Assembly: GCA_044892525.1 (NCBI GenBank)
Contig: CM097886.1
Coordinates: 62,062,001 to 62,126,000, forward strand
Length of the DNA: 64,000 nucleotides
Direction: 5' to 3'
Origin: Schmidtea polychroa
Taxonomy: Eukaryota
Shown here: piece by piece, positions 12,959-24,220 of the stretch
Position numbering within the stretch: position 1 is the first letter of the stretch
Layout: each line of letters opens with the position of its first letter
The notes under the pieces: model-generated
What the model saw: only the letters and a program-made list of their open reading frames with translations
What the model was told of the DNA's origin: nothing
The model's database searches: none
Translations under genes and position numbers: made by a program

Positions 12959-15900
12959 ATGAATATTGAAATTTTGAATATGTATAATTGTAACATGTGT
13001 AATAAAAGATTTAAAAATAGAACAGCATTAATATCACATGAAAAATCTAAAGAGCATTTATTAAAGACGGTTGGACTAAATGATACAAACTCAAAACTTT
13101 GTCCTAAATGTAAAGAAAGATATTTACTTTTAGGATATGATAAACATTTTAAAAACTGTATTGGGATTAAAAGAAATAGAAAAAAATTTGAATGTCCTAT
13201 ATGTAGATTGAAATTCACCACAGAATCTTATTATTTAAAACATTTAAAAGAATGTGCTATTGTTAAAAGAGATCCTGAAACTGAAGAAGATATAAAAGTT
13301 AGAGAAGAAGAAGAAGAATACGAAGAAGAAGAGATTGAAAAAGAAAAATATAATTGGGACAACTTTAACCATGTAGATAAATTTGAACAAACATTTATAT
13401 TCTCTTCATCTTTAGAGTATATAAATAAAAATAAAAAAAACATAAAAAAATCAATGGAAGATGCTATAAAAAAATTTGGTAAATCAAGATTTAATATTAT
13501 TAAATATAAAATTAGAATCCATTCAAGATATTGGAGAGGAGAAAATGTAAACACAACACCCTTGGATGCTATAATTGAAACATCTTATGATTATTTATTC
13601 TCAACCGATGGATTTAATAAAAAAATCAAAGAGATTATTCATAAAGTTGCAGATGAGCATAGAGTGGTTGAACAAGAATTAGGAGAGTCAAACCTAAAAT
13701 TCCTTTCATTTCAATCACTTGAAATTGAATATTGGAGAGGGCACCTCCAAATCCTAAATCATATATCCCTACACTCTTTACTTCTATTCATATTATAAAT
13801 GTTCGAAATAAGGATAATAAATGTTTCCAATGGTCAATCCTTGCACACTTACATCCTCAAGAAAATCATAAAGAAAGACCTGCAAAATATAAGCAATATG
13901 AAAATGAATTAATATATCCAAAAGGATTTGAACACCCAATGAAGATTGAATACATTCCAAATTTTGAAAAATTAAATAATATTAAACTTAACATTTATGA
14001 ATATATTTGCCAGGTGGGTGATAGGAAACATATTATTCCTATCCATGTTTCAGATAGAGAATTATCAGAACAAGATAAAAATAGAGAAATATATCTTTTA
14101 ATATTACAAGAACATAAAAGAGAACAAGTCTATAAGGAATATGATGATCTGGATGAGGAAGAACAATATTTAAATATTGAAGATGATCAAGAAGAAGACC
14201 TTGAAGAGGAAGATGAGGGGAAACAACATTATATTCTAATAAAAAACTTTCAAAGCTTTATGAGATCGAAAAATCACCACAGTGGTGGAACAACATGTAA
14301 ACGGTGTTTATATTATTCAGCTTCAGACATTGCAGCATTTAAACATGAAAGATTATGTTGTAAGAACTTGCCAGCATTAATTAAAATGCCGAGCAAGGAA
14401 ATGTCCACCATGCATTTTAAAAACTTTTCAAACCTGTTACAATCTTTAGGTGTAATATATGGAGACTTTGAAGCCATAAATATAAAACAGGATTTAGACC
14501 AAGAATATTTAAAAATAATAGAAAAAAATAATCTATTAGACTCTTGGAACCAAAGGACTGAAGGAATCTCCATGAAAAACGTTTTAAAATTAAATAATAA
14601 ATCATACACCATAAAACTAACAAAACGAGTAGCATCAACATATAAATTATTTTTTAAAAGTAATTACCCCGACCTCATAGACTCTGAAGAATTTTCATTT
14701 AGAGGATCCTCAGAAGAAGAAACTCTAAATCATTTTACTAAAGACATAAATGATTTAGAACATAAAATCTTTAAAACCTTAAAAACAAACTTCCCAATAA
14801 ACTTTTCAGACCAACAATGGGAAGAATATGAAGACTGCACAACTTGCTCGATGTGCAAACAGCCATTTGAGAATCAACTCTTTGAGGATGATATAAAAGT
14901 TCCTGACCATGACCACTTTAAAAAAGAAAATAATTATAGGGGAGCAGCCCATAAAAACTGCAATATAAATTGTAAAAGACCTGCATTTGTACCAGTTATA
15001 TTTCACAATCTTTTTGGTTATGACATCCACCTATTTATAAAACGTCTAGCTGTAAATGCTAAAAATTCCTTCAAAGTTATAGGACTGACAAAAGAAAAAT
15101 ATAAATGTGTTCAATACGGTCGATTAAAGTTTATAGATTCATTAAACTTTCTATCAATGTCCTTGGATGGAATAGCAAAAACCATGAAACCTGAAGACTT
15201 CACCCATACAATTGAAAAAGTATTAGTAAAAAATAATATTCCCCAGGAGGAATATAAAACCTGTTTGGCAAAAGGAATCTATCCTTATGATTACATCAAC
15301 TCATTTGATAGATATAATGAAACATCTTTACCCCCTCAAGACTTGTTTTTTTCAATATTAAATCAAACTGGTATAAGTGATCAAGAATATGCCCGAGGGA
15401 ATAAAATGTGGGAACTTTTCAAATGTAAAAACATTGGGGATTATACTGACATGTATTTATCCCTTGATGTTTATATCCTTGCAGATTGTTTTGAAGGATT
15501 TTGTAAGGCATTTGAATTAAAGCCTTATAATTATATAACATCTCCATCTTTAGCCTGGGATATTTTATTATATACAATGTGGACAACGGAGTCCTCTCGG
15601 ACTATAGAACTATTAACTGAAATCGACATGTTTAATGTACTTAAAGAAAATATTCGTGGAGGTGTTAGCTCCGTGATGGGAGATAGAAATATAACTGCAA
15701 ACAACTTTATATCTCTATACAAGAAATTCTTTAGTGAAGATCCTGAAGCAGACTTTATACAAATAAAAACAGAAGAGGATTCAAAATTAATAAAGGAAGG
15801 ATTATCAAATCCATCATAGATTATGTATATAGATGCAACAGCTTTATATTCAGGAATAATGACTCAATACCTTCCAATTGATAACTTCATTCAGGTTCCT

Positions 15901-17363
15901 GTCCCAGAGGAAAAGGATCTCCTAAGAAAACTTATGAATGAAATATTATCAACTGAAAAAGATTCAGAAGTGGGATATATAATAGAATGTGATTTAGAAT
16001 ATCCTAATGATATAAAATATGTAACTAGATACTTTCCATTTGCGCCAGTGAAAAGAAAAGTAGATTCTAATGAATTATCACCCCAACAAGATAGACCTAC
16101 AACTGTAAAACATTTATGTGATCAAACTGATAAACTTTGTATCTTTGTCATTATCGACTGTTACAATTTTATCTTTCTCATGGAATGAAAATAAAAAATA
16201 TACATTCTATAATAAAGTTTAGACAACTTCCATTCATGAAAACCTTTATAGAGGGAAATATTAAATCTAGGAATGAAGCAAAAAGAAATGGAAACGCTTT
16301 CCTCGATATGATTTATAAACTTTTAAATAATTCAGTCTTTGGAAAGACAATGGAAAATGTTGACAAATATACTCGAGTAGAATTATTGACAAATAGTTCA
16401 AAGGATTTTGCAAGGTATAATCGAATGCTTTCAAAACCTACATTTAAAAATGCAGAAATCTTTTCAGATAACCTAATAGCCGTTGAACTAAAAAATAGTG
16501 AAAAGACTTATAACAAACCAATCTTAATAGGTTTTACCATTTTAGAATTATCAAAACTTCAAATGTATGAAACCTATTATGATATTCTACTACCACATTT
16601 TAAAAATAGAATATCAATGCATGCAATGGATACGGACAGTATGTTTTTAAAAATATATACTAAAAACCTAAAAGAGGAAATATCTGAAAATGAAATCCTA
16701 AGGAATTTAATAAATTCATCTGGAGAATTATTCACCTTTAAAAATGAAAAACCTAATACACCAATAATTGATGCTGTATTTATTAGGTCCAAACAATATT
16801 CACTAGAAATGATTGAAGCCCCAAAGATTGAAACCCATTCAATTAGGATCGAGGATCAAACATTTTCGATACCAGTATTAATACCTCCAAACCTTGTAAC
16901 ATCTAAAGATAATAAAAATAAAGGTATACAGAGAGCAGTTTCTAGAACTATACCCCATCAAGACTATAAGGATATTCTAAATAAAAATCAACCAGATAAA
17001 ATAGTTGAGGTTCATCAACTTAAATCTGAAAAGCATAACATGTATTTAGAAGAATCAAATAAAATATCATTATCAAATTATGATGATAAGAGGTATATTT
17101 TATCAGATTTAAAAAAGACACTTCCAATTGGAAATGATATGATTCCACATATAAAAAATTTAAAGAACATTTCAGATCTTCAACTGTATGAACTTCGAAT
17201 ACTTTACCCTGAAAGAAGTCGAAATGACTATTTGGAATTACATCTTGAACAAAATCCTATAAACCTAAATGATTACATCTTAGACGTTAAAACCATACCA
17301 GCTTCAGTCATCAATGAAGGAAAGTCTCTGATAATAACTGAAAGTTTAAAAAATAAATTATAA
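12959..17363 (+). pseudogene. polB: Protein-primed family B DNA polymerase (pPolB) with N-terminal Zn fingers and an Endonuclease VII-like insert; 2 frameshifts and 1 stop
   Basis: ExoI YGDFEA, ExoII FHNLFGYD, ExoIII YLSLDV, motif A YIDATALYSG, motif B KLLNNSVFGK, motif C MDTDS; CSMC...DHDH...GAAH..CN insert. Frameshifts at ~13730 and ~16135; in-frame TAG at 15817-15819. Confidence 0.95.
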
Positions 17364-17478
17364 AATGACTGAAATACAATCAATTTTCGAAAACTTAAAG
17401 TCTTTAACAGATGATAAAATTTTATTAAAGTTTTGAATAAACCATCTGTTTCAATAATAAAAATTTTTTCTTTTATAG

Positions 17479-17766
17479 TTATAACATCTTTTTTATTTGC
17501 TCTTTTATTTTCTCTCGTTCTACCTTGGTTGAAGTCTTTCTGGCTTTAATCTTTTTATGGATTTTCATCAACCCTTGTTTCAGATGATCTCTTTCAGTCT
17601 CTATATCATTTATAATCCAAAGTAATACAGGCTCTCGAATAGCAAGTTGCGCAGCTTGCAGGGCTTTATCCTCTGAAGATTTCTCATTATATTCTTTTAA
17701 TGCAAGACTTGATTGCTTTTTAATAATAGGATTGCTTTTTATCAAATTTAAAACACGTTCATTCAT
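17479..17766 (-). CDS. Polinton hypothetical basic coiled-coil protein (95 aa)
   Basis: Intact ORF; its ATG overlaps the upstream stop (TATAAATGA). No recognisable family. Confidence 0.65.
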   Translation of the reverse strand: MNERVLNLIKSNPIIKKQSSLALKEYNEKSSEDKALQAAQLAIREPVLLWIINDIETERDHLKQGLMKIHKKIKARKTSTKVEREKIKEQIKKML

Positions 17767-18160
17767 TTATATTTGCTAAATAACAGGGTCTGGGGTCCGG
17801 AGGTTAAAGGTCCGGAGGTCAAAGGCTGTTGATCTAAAATATCTTCAACATCTTCAGGTCCGGAGGTCAAAGTTGTAGAGACTCCTGTCCCGGAGGCTAA
17901 AGGATCTTTCCTTTTATACTTCTTAGACTTGATGCATTTATGATTTTTTTCAACTACATTAGAACAATCATTACAATAAACACCCTTTTTCTCTATAGCC
18001 TTCCTCTTTTTAGTTGCATGCCTATAGGGAGAATCAATTCCTAAATCTTTTCTAATTCTTCTCATTGTAGAATCTGAAGTACCAATCATTTTACAAATTT
18101 GAGTCTGAGAAAAAGTAGGGTTTTCACTCTTTAATCTTGCAAATTCAAAGACTTTCTCTT
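17763..18160 (-). CDS. Polinton HTH DNA-binding protein with CxxC motif and LTSGP repeats; original start probably disrupted
   Basis: The frame is open upstream of the listed Met: FEFARLKSENPTFSQTQICKMIGTSDSTMRRIRKDLGIDSPYR is HTH-like. Also YCNDC...HKC. Confidence 0.65.
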
Positions 18161-18193
18161 TTTGTTGAATCTTGTTTAATCATTGAAAGTTGT

Positions 18194-18430
18194 TCAATTT
18201 TTTTTATAAAGCCATCCATTTATTAGTTGAGGAAATAAAGCAAAATAATATTCTCCTTTTCCAATTTGGTCTTGTATACTTAAAGATTTAAATTTAGTTA
18301 TTTTATTTAAATAATCAGGGTCATTAATTCCTACAAGATAAAAGATGTAACACTTTTCACCTATTCTAATTTTATCCTCTAATGATAAACTTCTAAAATC
18401 ATTCAACCTAGAGTTCATTATTTCTTCCAT
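18194..18430 (-). CDS. Polinton small protein with internal two-fold repeat (78 aa)
   Basis: FRSLSLEDKIRIGEKCY and FKSLSIQDQIGKGEYYF are repeated ~35 aa apart. Confidence 0.55.
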   Translation of the reverse strand: MEEIMNSRLNDFRSLSLEDKIRIGEKCYIFYLVGINDPDYLNKITKFKSLSIQDQIGKGEYYFALFPQLINGWLYKKN

Positions 18431-18456
18431 TTTTAAATTTAAAAATTATACAGGTC

Positions 18457-19020
18457 TTACGTCGAAGTCTTTAACCATTTCTCTCGTTGTAGTTTTTTAG
18501 AATATTCAGTCTTAGTTTTCAACTTTATAACTTCATTTTTAATATCCCTTATTATTTGATTTGATTTCATTATTTCATCATCTGTTAGGATTCCATCTTC
18601 CAAAGCTTTTAATTGAAATAAAAATAATTTTGATATCCCCAAGTCTATTGTCAAACAAACTTCACGATATAAACTTTTCTTTTTTGAAGTATAAGATAAA
18701 GAAAGTATTACAGTCAAGAAAGAATCTGCAACAGAAATACTTCCAAGTATTATAGGTGCAAGAGTAACAACTGGTAAAGTTATAGGTAAAACAATTGTAA
18801 GTATTGCAGATGTAAATCCTAAGGAGTAACCTATAATCTTTAAAGCTGTATTCCCTTTATTCCATCTTTTTTTAATTTTTTTATAATGCTTCAACAAGTC
18901 TTGTAAATGTAAAGTTTCTGATTTAAATTCTTTCACTCTCATGACTTCAAGTTCTGTAGGAGCTGATGGAGTCAATACTGGATAGACTACTTGACCTCCC
19001 GGACCTTTTGGACCTTCCAT
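18457..19020 (-). CDS. Predicted two-TM membrane protein, like the membrane-active (so-called GasderminX-type) ORF of adintoviruses
   Basis: HYKKIKKRWNK followed by two hydrophobic segments (IIGYSLGFTSAILTIVLPITLPVV; APIILGSISVADSFLTVILSL) and a helical tail. Family assignment from memory. Confidence 0.65.
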   Translation of the reverse strand: MEGPKGPGGQVVYPVLTPSAPTELEVMRVKEFKSETLHLQDLLKHYKKIKKRWNKGNTALKIIGYSLGFTSAILTIVLPITLPVVTLAPIILGSISVADSFLTVILSLSYTSKKKSLYREVCLTIDLGISKLFLFQLKALEDGILTDDEIMKSNQIIRDIKNEVIKLKTKTEYSKKLQREKWLKTST

Positions 19021-19028
19021 TTTAATAA

Positions 19029-19934
19029 TTAAAAAAATAAGACTTTATTATCTGGTACCAACGCTCGCATATTATAAGAAGCTCTTTTTGAGAGAATGTC
19101 TTTATACAATTCTATCAACGCTTTACGAACTTGATCAACATCAACCTTTTTTTCATAAAATATTAAATCTATATAACTTACAAGTGTGCTTTTAAAAATA
19201 ATATTCTTACTTTTAACTTTATGTGTTTTATGTGAATCAGTATTATCATGCCAATGTCCATGTGGTAAATCATAACCAGTTATTATAACTTCATCCTTTT
19301 CAAACATACTATTATAATCACATTTTACAAACCATTTCATTATTTCACCATCATCAGTAAATAAAAAGAAATAAGGATCAATAATCTTTACAACCATAAA
19401 ACAAGACCATTCTTTACTATTTGTTGTTATTAAAGTTGGTTCTATAAAATGTTTATATGTATGGGGTAATAAAGTTTTATTCTGTTCTAATTCAGCAGCT
19501 CTTTTTCTAATAATGTGTGTTGTATGAGACTCTAATTTAACAAGTCTTACATTAAATGATGCAATCATCTCATTTATTATATTATATATTGTATTAATTT
19601 TATTATCCATAAGTTTTTTATGCATAAGTCTTTTATTTTTTAAAATTGATATTGTGTCAGTTAACCTTTGAGTTTCTTTGGCTATCTTTAAGGCTTCTTC
19701 ATTTAATCGTTGTTCGATATTATTAAGCTTGGATAGCTTTTCATCTACATATTTTTTATTAGTTGCATCAAAGTCATCAATCGGAGGACCTAAATCTTTT
19801 ATCTTGTGAGCATTTAAATTTAAATGACCCTTCATTGAATCTCCTACTTCATTAACAAATCTTTTTTCTGTAAGGTTTATAACATCTTCATCTTTTAATC
19901 CATCATTATATAATCCTAATTTATTATAATTCAT
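19029..19934 (-). CDS. Putative fibre/receptor-binding protein (301 aa)
   Basis: GDSMKGHLNLNAHKIKDLGPPIDDFDATNKKYVD matches the phage tail-fibre-type GDxMxGxL...IxxLxxP...DAxxKxYVD unit. A coiled coil and a beta-rich C-terminus follow; adjacent to penton. Confidence 0.6.
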   Translation of the reverse strand: MNYNKLGLYNDGLKDEDVINLTEKRFVNEVGDSMKGHLNLNAHKIKDLGPPIDDFDATNKKYVDEKLSKLNNIEQRLNEEALKIAKETQRLTDTISILKNKRLMHKKLMDNKINTIYNIINEMIASFNVRLVKLESHTTHIIRKRAAELEQNKTLLPHTYKHFIEPTLITTNSKEWSCFMVVKIIDPYFFLFTDDGEIMKWFVKCDYNSMFEKDEVIITGYDLPHGHWHDNTDSHKTHKVKSKNIIFKSTLVSYIDLIFYEKKVDVDQVRKALIELYKDILSKRASYNMRALVPDNKVLFF

Positions 19935-19943
19935 TTTTATAGT

Positions 19944-20696
19944 CTAAACTTGTTTCAAATGTAAACACATTGAAATCTTTTCTCCATTAAAATTAATTAA
20001 TTCTCCATTTTCATCAACAATTTTAAAATGAATACTCATCAAGTTTTTTCTACATAAAGGTAAATAATTTGGAGGATTCATTCTTTCAACCATTTTATAT
20101 CCAACTCGAACAACATTAGAAGGAAAGGAATATAAAATATTTGCATGTTTACCATTATTATATGATCCCATTATACAATCACACTCTATATTTATAGAAT
20201 TTATATTTGTTATTTGTATAATATTTTTAGATTTAATAGTTGATGGTAAGTATTCTTTGACTTCAAAACCTAAAATAGTATGAAAGAAACTAGAAGCTCT
20301 AACATCAAGTCCAACTTCTTTTAAAGTTGCAATACATTTTGAAGTTTGAATATCTGCTTTTATTTCTATATTTCCATTTGTTTCTTTTAGAATTGCTTTA
20401 CCTAAATCTATTAATTCATATGCTCCTGGTTCGATTATTTTAGTGTAGTGGTCTTCAAATCCAGTATATTTCATCTCCCTCGTAAATATATTAAATTTAT
20501 TATTTTTAATATTTATATTAAAAATAGTATTAAAACAGCTAAACCACAAGAGTCCTAATTCATAATTTAAATTTTGATCTAAATTTATTGAATCTTCAAA
20601 ATTTATACTAAAATCTGTTTCATTTGAATTTATTAATAAACTTCTTGAATATTTATCTGACATTATGTTTACCATTTTTTTTAAATTATCTTCCAT
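19944..20696 (-). CDS. Minor capsid protein (penton, single jelly-roll)
   Basis: Typical Polinton mCP patterns: DFSINFEDSINLD..YELGL, INIECDCIMGSYNNG...LYSF, IHFKIVDENGELINFNGE. Confidence 0.85.
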   Translation of the reverse strand: MEDNLKKMVNIMSDKYSRSLLINSNETDFSINFEDSINLDQNLNYELGLLWFSCFNTIFNINIKNNKFNIFTREMKYTGFEDHYTKIIEPGAYELIDLGKAILKETNGNIEIKADIQTSKCIATLKEVGLDVRASSFFHTILGFEVKEYLPSTIKSKNIIQITNINSINIECDCIMGSYNNGKHANILYSFPSNVVRVGYKMVERMNPPNYLPLCRKNLMSIHFKIVDENGELINFNGEKISMCLHLKQV

Positions 20697-20698
20697 TT

Positions 20699-21139
20699 TT
20701 ATAATAGAGGTTTTAAATCTTTATAAATTTCTTGGATTATAGATTTAAAAGAGCAGTCTCCCTCTGAGGTATTTAATCTATACAAAACATATAAACTTAA
20801 AATACCACATATTTTAGTATTATTAGGTTGAACTTGTAAAGAATTAAAAATATATTGGGACTTCATCCAGTCTTCTACTTCTTTAGTACGTTTAATCCCA
20901 AAAGAATCAAAGTATATAGATTTATTATATATACAAACCCAATGAGATCCTTTTTCATTTGAATCTTGATAATTGATTATTATATTATCCTTTAGTCCTT
21001 TCAGACTTGACAATTCATCATTCATTAATATTTTAATTTTTAAATTTAAATAATCTGCATAATCTTTTAAATCAAAATTTGTTTTTACATTTATTCCAAA
21101 TGTTTTTAAAAAATCCAATATACTTGGAACAGCCTTCAT
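20699..21139 (-). CDS. Adenain/Ulp1-like cysteine maturation protease
   Basis: Catalytic H (GSHWVC), D (YFDSFG), oxyanion Q and C (QVQ...KICG). Confidence 0.92.
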   Translation of the reverse strand: MKAVPSILDFLKTFGINVKTNFDLKDYADYLNLKIKILMNDELSSLKGLKDNIIINYQDSNEKGSHWVCIYNKSIYFDSFGIKRTKEVEDWMKSQYIFNSLQVQPNNTKICGILSLYVLYRLNTSEGDCSFKSIIQEIYKDLKPLL

Positions 21140-21972
21140 TTTATATATTTATTAAATTTACTTTTTGAAAGCATTCCTTGTTTTAATAAATCTTTTGAAA
21201 TCTTTAAAATATCAGAATCTAAATTATTATGTCCTGCTTTTTTAGCAGCTAATAGTTTTCTCAATTCTATAAACTTAGAGATTGGATCTAGTTTGAAGGT
21301 CGTTCCGAGGCCTTCTTTAACAATATAGCCCCTTTCATTTTTATTTAAATAATTCTTTAAATCTTGAATATGTTTAGCTTTTGGACTACCTCTTACTAAT
21401 TTTATAAAATTTAAATATTTTTCAATTTCTTTAATATCATCTGAAGGATATCCACAAATTAATCTATAAAAATCATCTGTAAATTCATAGTCTAAATATT
21501 CATTATTATAAACATTTTGAGAATGAATATGATTTTTATTTTCAGAGTTTGTATATAAAGTAAAGTTTTGTTTATTAATTGTTATAATTTGATATCCTTC
21601 AGGAGTAATATTAAATATAGGTTTAATTGAATCAGATAAACCCTCTCTAATTTTAGGATCAACTTTAAGAGGTTTTGTATTTGAAAGTATTTCTTCTTCT
21701 ACACCTGAGAGTTTTCTACGTTTTCTTTGATTCCTTTCGGCGGTTGGTCCTTCTATGGCTTTAATACTTGGATTCTCTATAGTTTTAGGACCTTCAGTCT
21801 TTATGGCTTCTATCGCTTTAATTATCGGTTGTTGTTGTTGAGTCATTGTAGAATTTAATGCTAAAGATTCAGAGCGTTGAGTCGTATCTTTTATATTATA
21901 TGTATCTTGTTCTGATTGTAATTTTTTTAAAAGTGCTAATCTTTCTTCATATACCATTTTATATACCATCAA
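21136..21972 (-). CDS. Polinton conserved hypothetical protein (278 aa; probable start MVYEE at 21957)
   Basis: Intact ORF with C-terminal LRKLLAAKKAGHNN...LLKQGML helical motif of a kind recalled from Polinton ORFs. Confidence 0.7.
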   Translation of the reverse strand: MMVYKMVYEERLALLKKLQSEQDTYNIKDTTQRSESLALNSTMTQQQQPIIKAIEAIKTEGPKTIENPSIKAIEGPTAERNQRKRRKLSGVEEEILSNTKPLKVDPKIREGLSDSIKPIFNITPEGYQIITINKQNFTLYTNSENKNHIHSQNVYNNEYLDYEFTDDFYRLICGYPSDDIKEIEKYLNFIKLVRGSPKAKHIQDLKNYLNKNERGYIVKEGLGTTFKLDPISKFIELRKLLAAKKAGHNNLDSDILKISKDLLKQGMLSKSKFNKYIK

Positions 21973-22054
21973 TTTACCATTCTTCTTCTATTTGACCTTC
22001 GGACTCTTCTTCTTCTTCGGATTCAACAACTTGAAAATACAACCCTTTACCATT

Positions 22055-22507
22055 TTAAGTTTTACAGAGGCATCCATTCTTTAAAGATTTACATATTTTT
22101 TTTAAATCATCTTTATCTTTTGAAGATAAAGATTCAGATGTAGAAATTTGATTTTTTAAAAAATTATTTAAACCTCGACCTTTATAAGGATTGAGATATA
22201 GCCCCTTACCCTTCTTTTTCATTGAATCGATTTCAGTTTGTAATTTTTCTTTTTCTAGGTCTGTCTTTTGAGATTCTTTAGCTTTTTGAACTGTAGTTGC
22301 AATTCCTCCAGCTATTCCAGCTGCACCTGATAAACCTGTAATGATTGCAGGTATTAAAGCCATTAGGGGAAGAATCCCTCCAGTCTTCAGTCTTTCTTTA
22401 ACTTGTTCTTTTACATTTTTTCCAATAAAATATTTTTTTCCATCAATTACTACTGATTTATTTTTATTTGAATTTATGAATTCTTGTAAAGATTCTTCAG
22501 TTGTCAT
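22055..22507 (-). CDS. Adenovirus pX (pre-mu)-like core protein
   Basis: TGGILPLMALIPAIITGLSGAAGIAGGIATTVQ resembles the adenovirus pX tail GGILPLLIPLIAAAIGAVPGIASVALQ. Likely start MTTEE at 22507. Confidence 0.75.
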   Translation of the reverse strand: MTTEESLQEFINSNKNKSVVIDGKKYFIGKNVKEQVKERLKTGGILPLMALIPAIITGLSGAAGIAGGIATTVQKAKESQKTDLEKEKLQTEIDSMKKKGKGLYLNPYKGRGLNNFLKNQISTSESLSSKDKDDLKKICKSLKNGCLCKT

Positions 22508-22523
22508 TTTATAATAAATAAAA

Positions 22524-23309
22524 ATGGATACTTGGAAACCAATTTTAACTCGGCACAAGAGTAAATTTAATAATAAATTATTTCCTGATAATTTTAGATT
22601 ATTAATCGTTGGGTCTTCAGGTTGTGGAAAGAATGTACTTCTTTTGAGAATATTACTAGAAGAAGGGTTTTTAGATTATAATAATTTAATCTTTTATTCT
22701 ACAACCATAAATCAACCAGAGTTACAACTTTTGAAATGTGGATTTGAAAATAAATTAACTAAAAAAGCTATAATTGATATTTTTAAAAATCAACATAGAT
22801 GTCCTGATGAGGTTTTTCAACCTTGTGATATGATTGATTGGTACAAGGAAAAGATTTTAGAATCAGATATTGATAATAAAAATGATTATATTTATGAGGG
22901 TGAGGCAATTAAAGTTTTATTCTCTAATAAACCTGAAGATGTTTTACATTGTGATTTACTTCCTAAAGATGTAAAGAATCTAGTTATACTTGATGATGTT
23001 GTCAATATGAAAAACCAAGAGATTCAAAAGAGTTACTTTACACGAGGTCGACATAATAATTGTAATGTTATTTATATATCTCAAACTTATTATGCTTTAG
23101 ATAAAAACTCTATAAGAAATAATTCTAATTGTTTTATATTTTTTAAATTAGAAAAGCGTGATAAGAATATGATTTATAGTGATTTATTTTCAAATGTTGA
23201 ACCTGATAAGCAAATGTTTGATATGTTTGTAGATAATCATTGGAAAGAAAAATATAATTATATTTATTTGGATAGAGAAGAAGGTGAAATATGGAAATGT
23301 TTATTTTAG
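22524..23309 (+). CDS. A32/FtsK-HerA-type DNA packaging ATPase
   Basis: Walker A GSSGCGKN, Walker B LVILDD, and FTRGRHNNCNVIYISQ motif. Confidence 0.93.
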   Translation: MDTWKPILTRHKSKFNNKLFPDNFRLLIVGSSGCGKNVLLLRILLEEGFLDYNNLIFYSTTINQPELQLLKCGFENKLTKKAIIDIFKNQHRCPDEVFQPCDMIDWYKEKILESDIDNKNDYIYEGEAIKVLFSNKPEDVLHCDLLPKDVKNLVILDDVVNMKNQEIQKSYFTRGRHNNCNVIYISQTYYALDKNSIRNNSNCFIFFKLEKRDKNMIYSDLFSNVEPDKQMFDMFVDNHWKEKYNYIYLDREEGEIWKCLF

Positions 23310-23320
23310 AGCTTGTCGAC

Positions 23321-24060
23321 TTAGAAATCTGTTTTTTGTAGTTCATTATTATAAAATCTACCTAATATTTTTTCATTATTTAAATCAATGATGCTATATG
23401 TTATTGGAATTGTATAATGTATTTTATTTATAATAAAAATTTCATTTGTCCATTTTGCTGTGAATCCTTTTTCAAATTTATTTTTATATTTAAATATTCT
23501 TACTCGGTCACCAATTTTAAACTTTGGTTTTTCATTTACCACTTTAGCGGTTTCAGGATTTATAAGTTTTAAAGGATTCAAGGAAGCATTTAAAGGTGTT
23601 GATTTTATAGAACTATGTACATCATTATTATATTCATTTACAATCTTTTGTAACAATTTATTGTTCCATTTTTGTTTTCCAATAGCAGTAAAATATTTCC
23701 ACATTTTATTTTTTAATGTTCTATTTAATCTTTCAACCACAACTGCTTTTCCTTCGTTTTCTGTTGAATATAATTTAATATCATTTTCATTTAAAAACTT
23801 TGTAAAAACTTTGTTATAAAATTCTGTTCCTTTATCACACCATAAATATTTTGGAATTCTTTGATGTTCTTCAAATATATTTTCAAATGCTTCTGTAATA
23901 GAATATCCTGTTTTATTTTCTAAACATCTTGCAAAAGCAAATCTTGTATATAAATCTATTACTGTTAAAACTATTTTATATTTTTCAGGGTCTGATGATT
24001 TGGTTGGCATAAAGACTAAATCAGCGGACCATGTTTGATCTTTTTCATGTATTTGAACTT
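23321..24060 (-). CDS. Retroviral-type (rve, DDE) integrase domain; no chromodomain
   Basis: TWSADLVFM (D1, in frame just upstream of the listed Met), LWCDKGTEF (D2), VVERLNRTLK (E). Confidence 0.93.
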
Positions 24061-24220
24061 TTAAATATTTTTTATTTTTCTAAATTCATTGTGTAATTCA
24101 TTGGCATATTTTATTTGTGATTCTGTTGGGAATAATAAACTAGTCTTGGATGCACTCTCGAGTTGATTCTCAATCTCTGCTTGTTGAATAATCTTTTTGT
24201 TGGCAACATCTTTTGCTATT

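Noticed and set aside
17365-17562. Small plus-strand ORF after polB that could extend by frameshift into a TM-like peptide
   Set aside because: Its hydrophobicity is expected from being antisense to a Lys/Glu-rich ORF, and there is no independent support.
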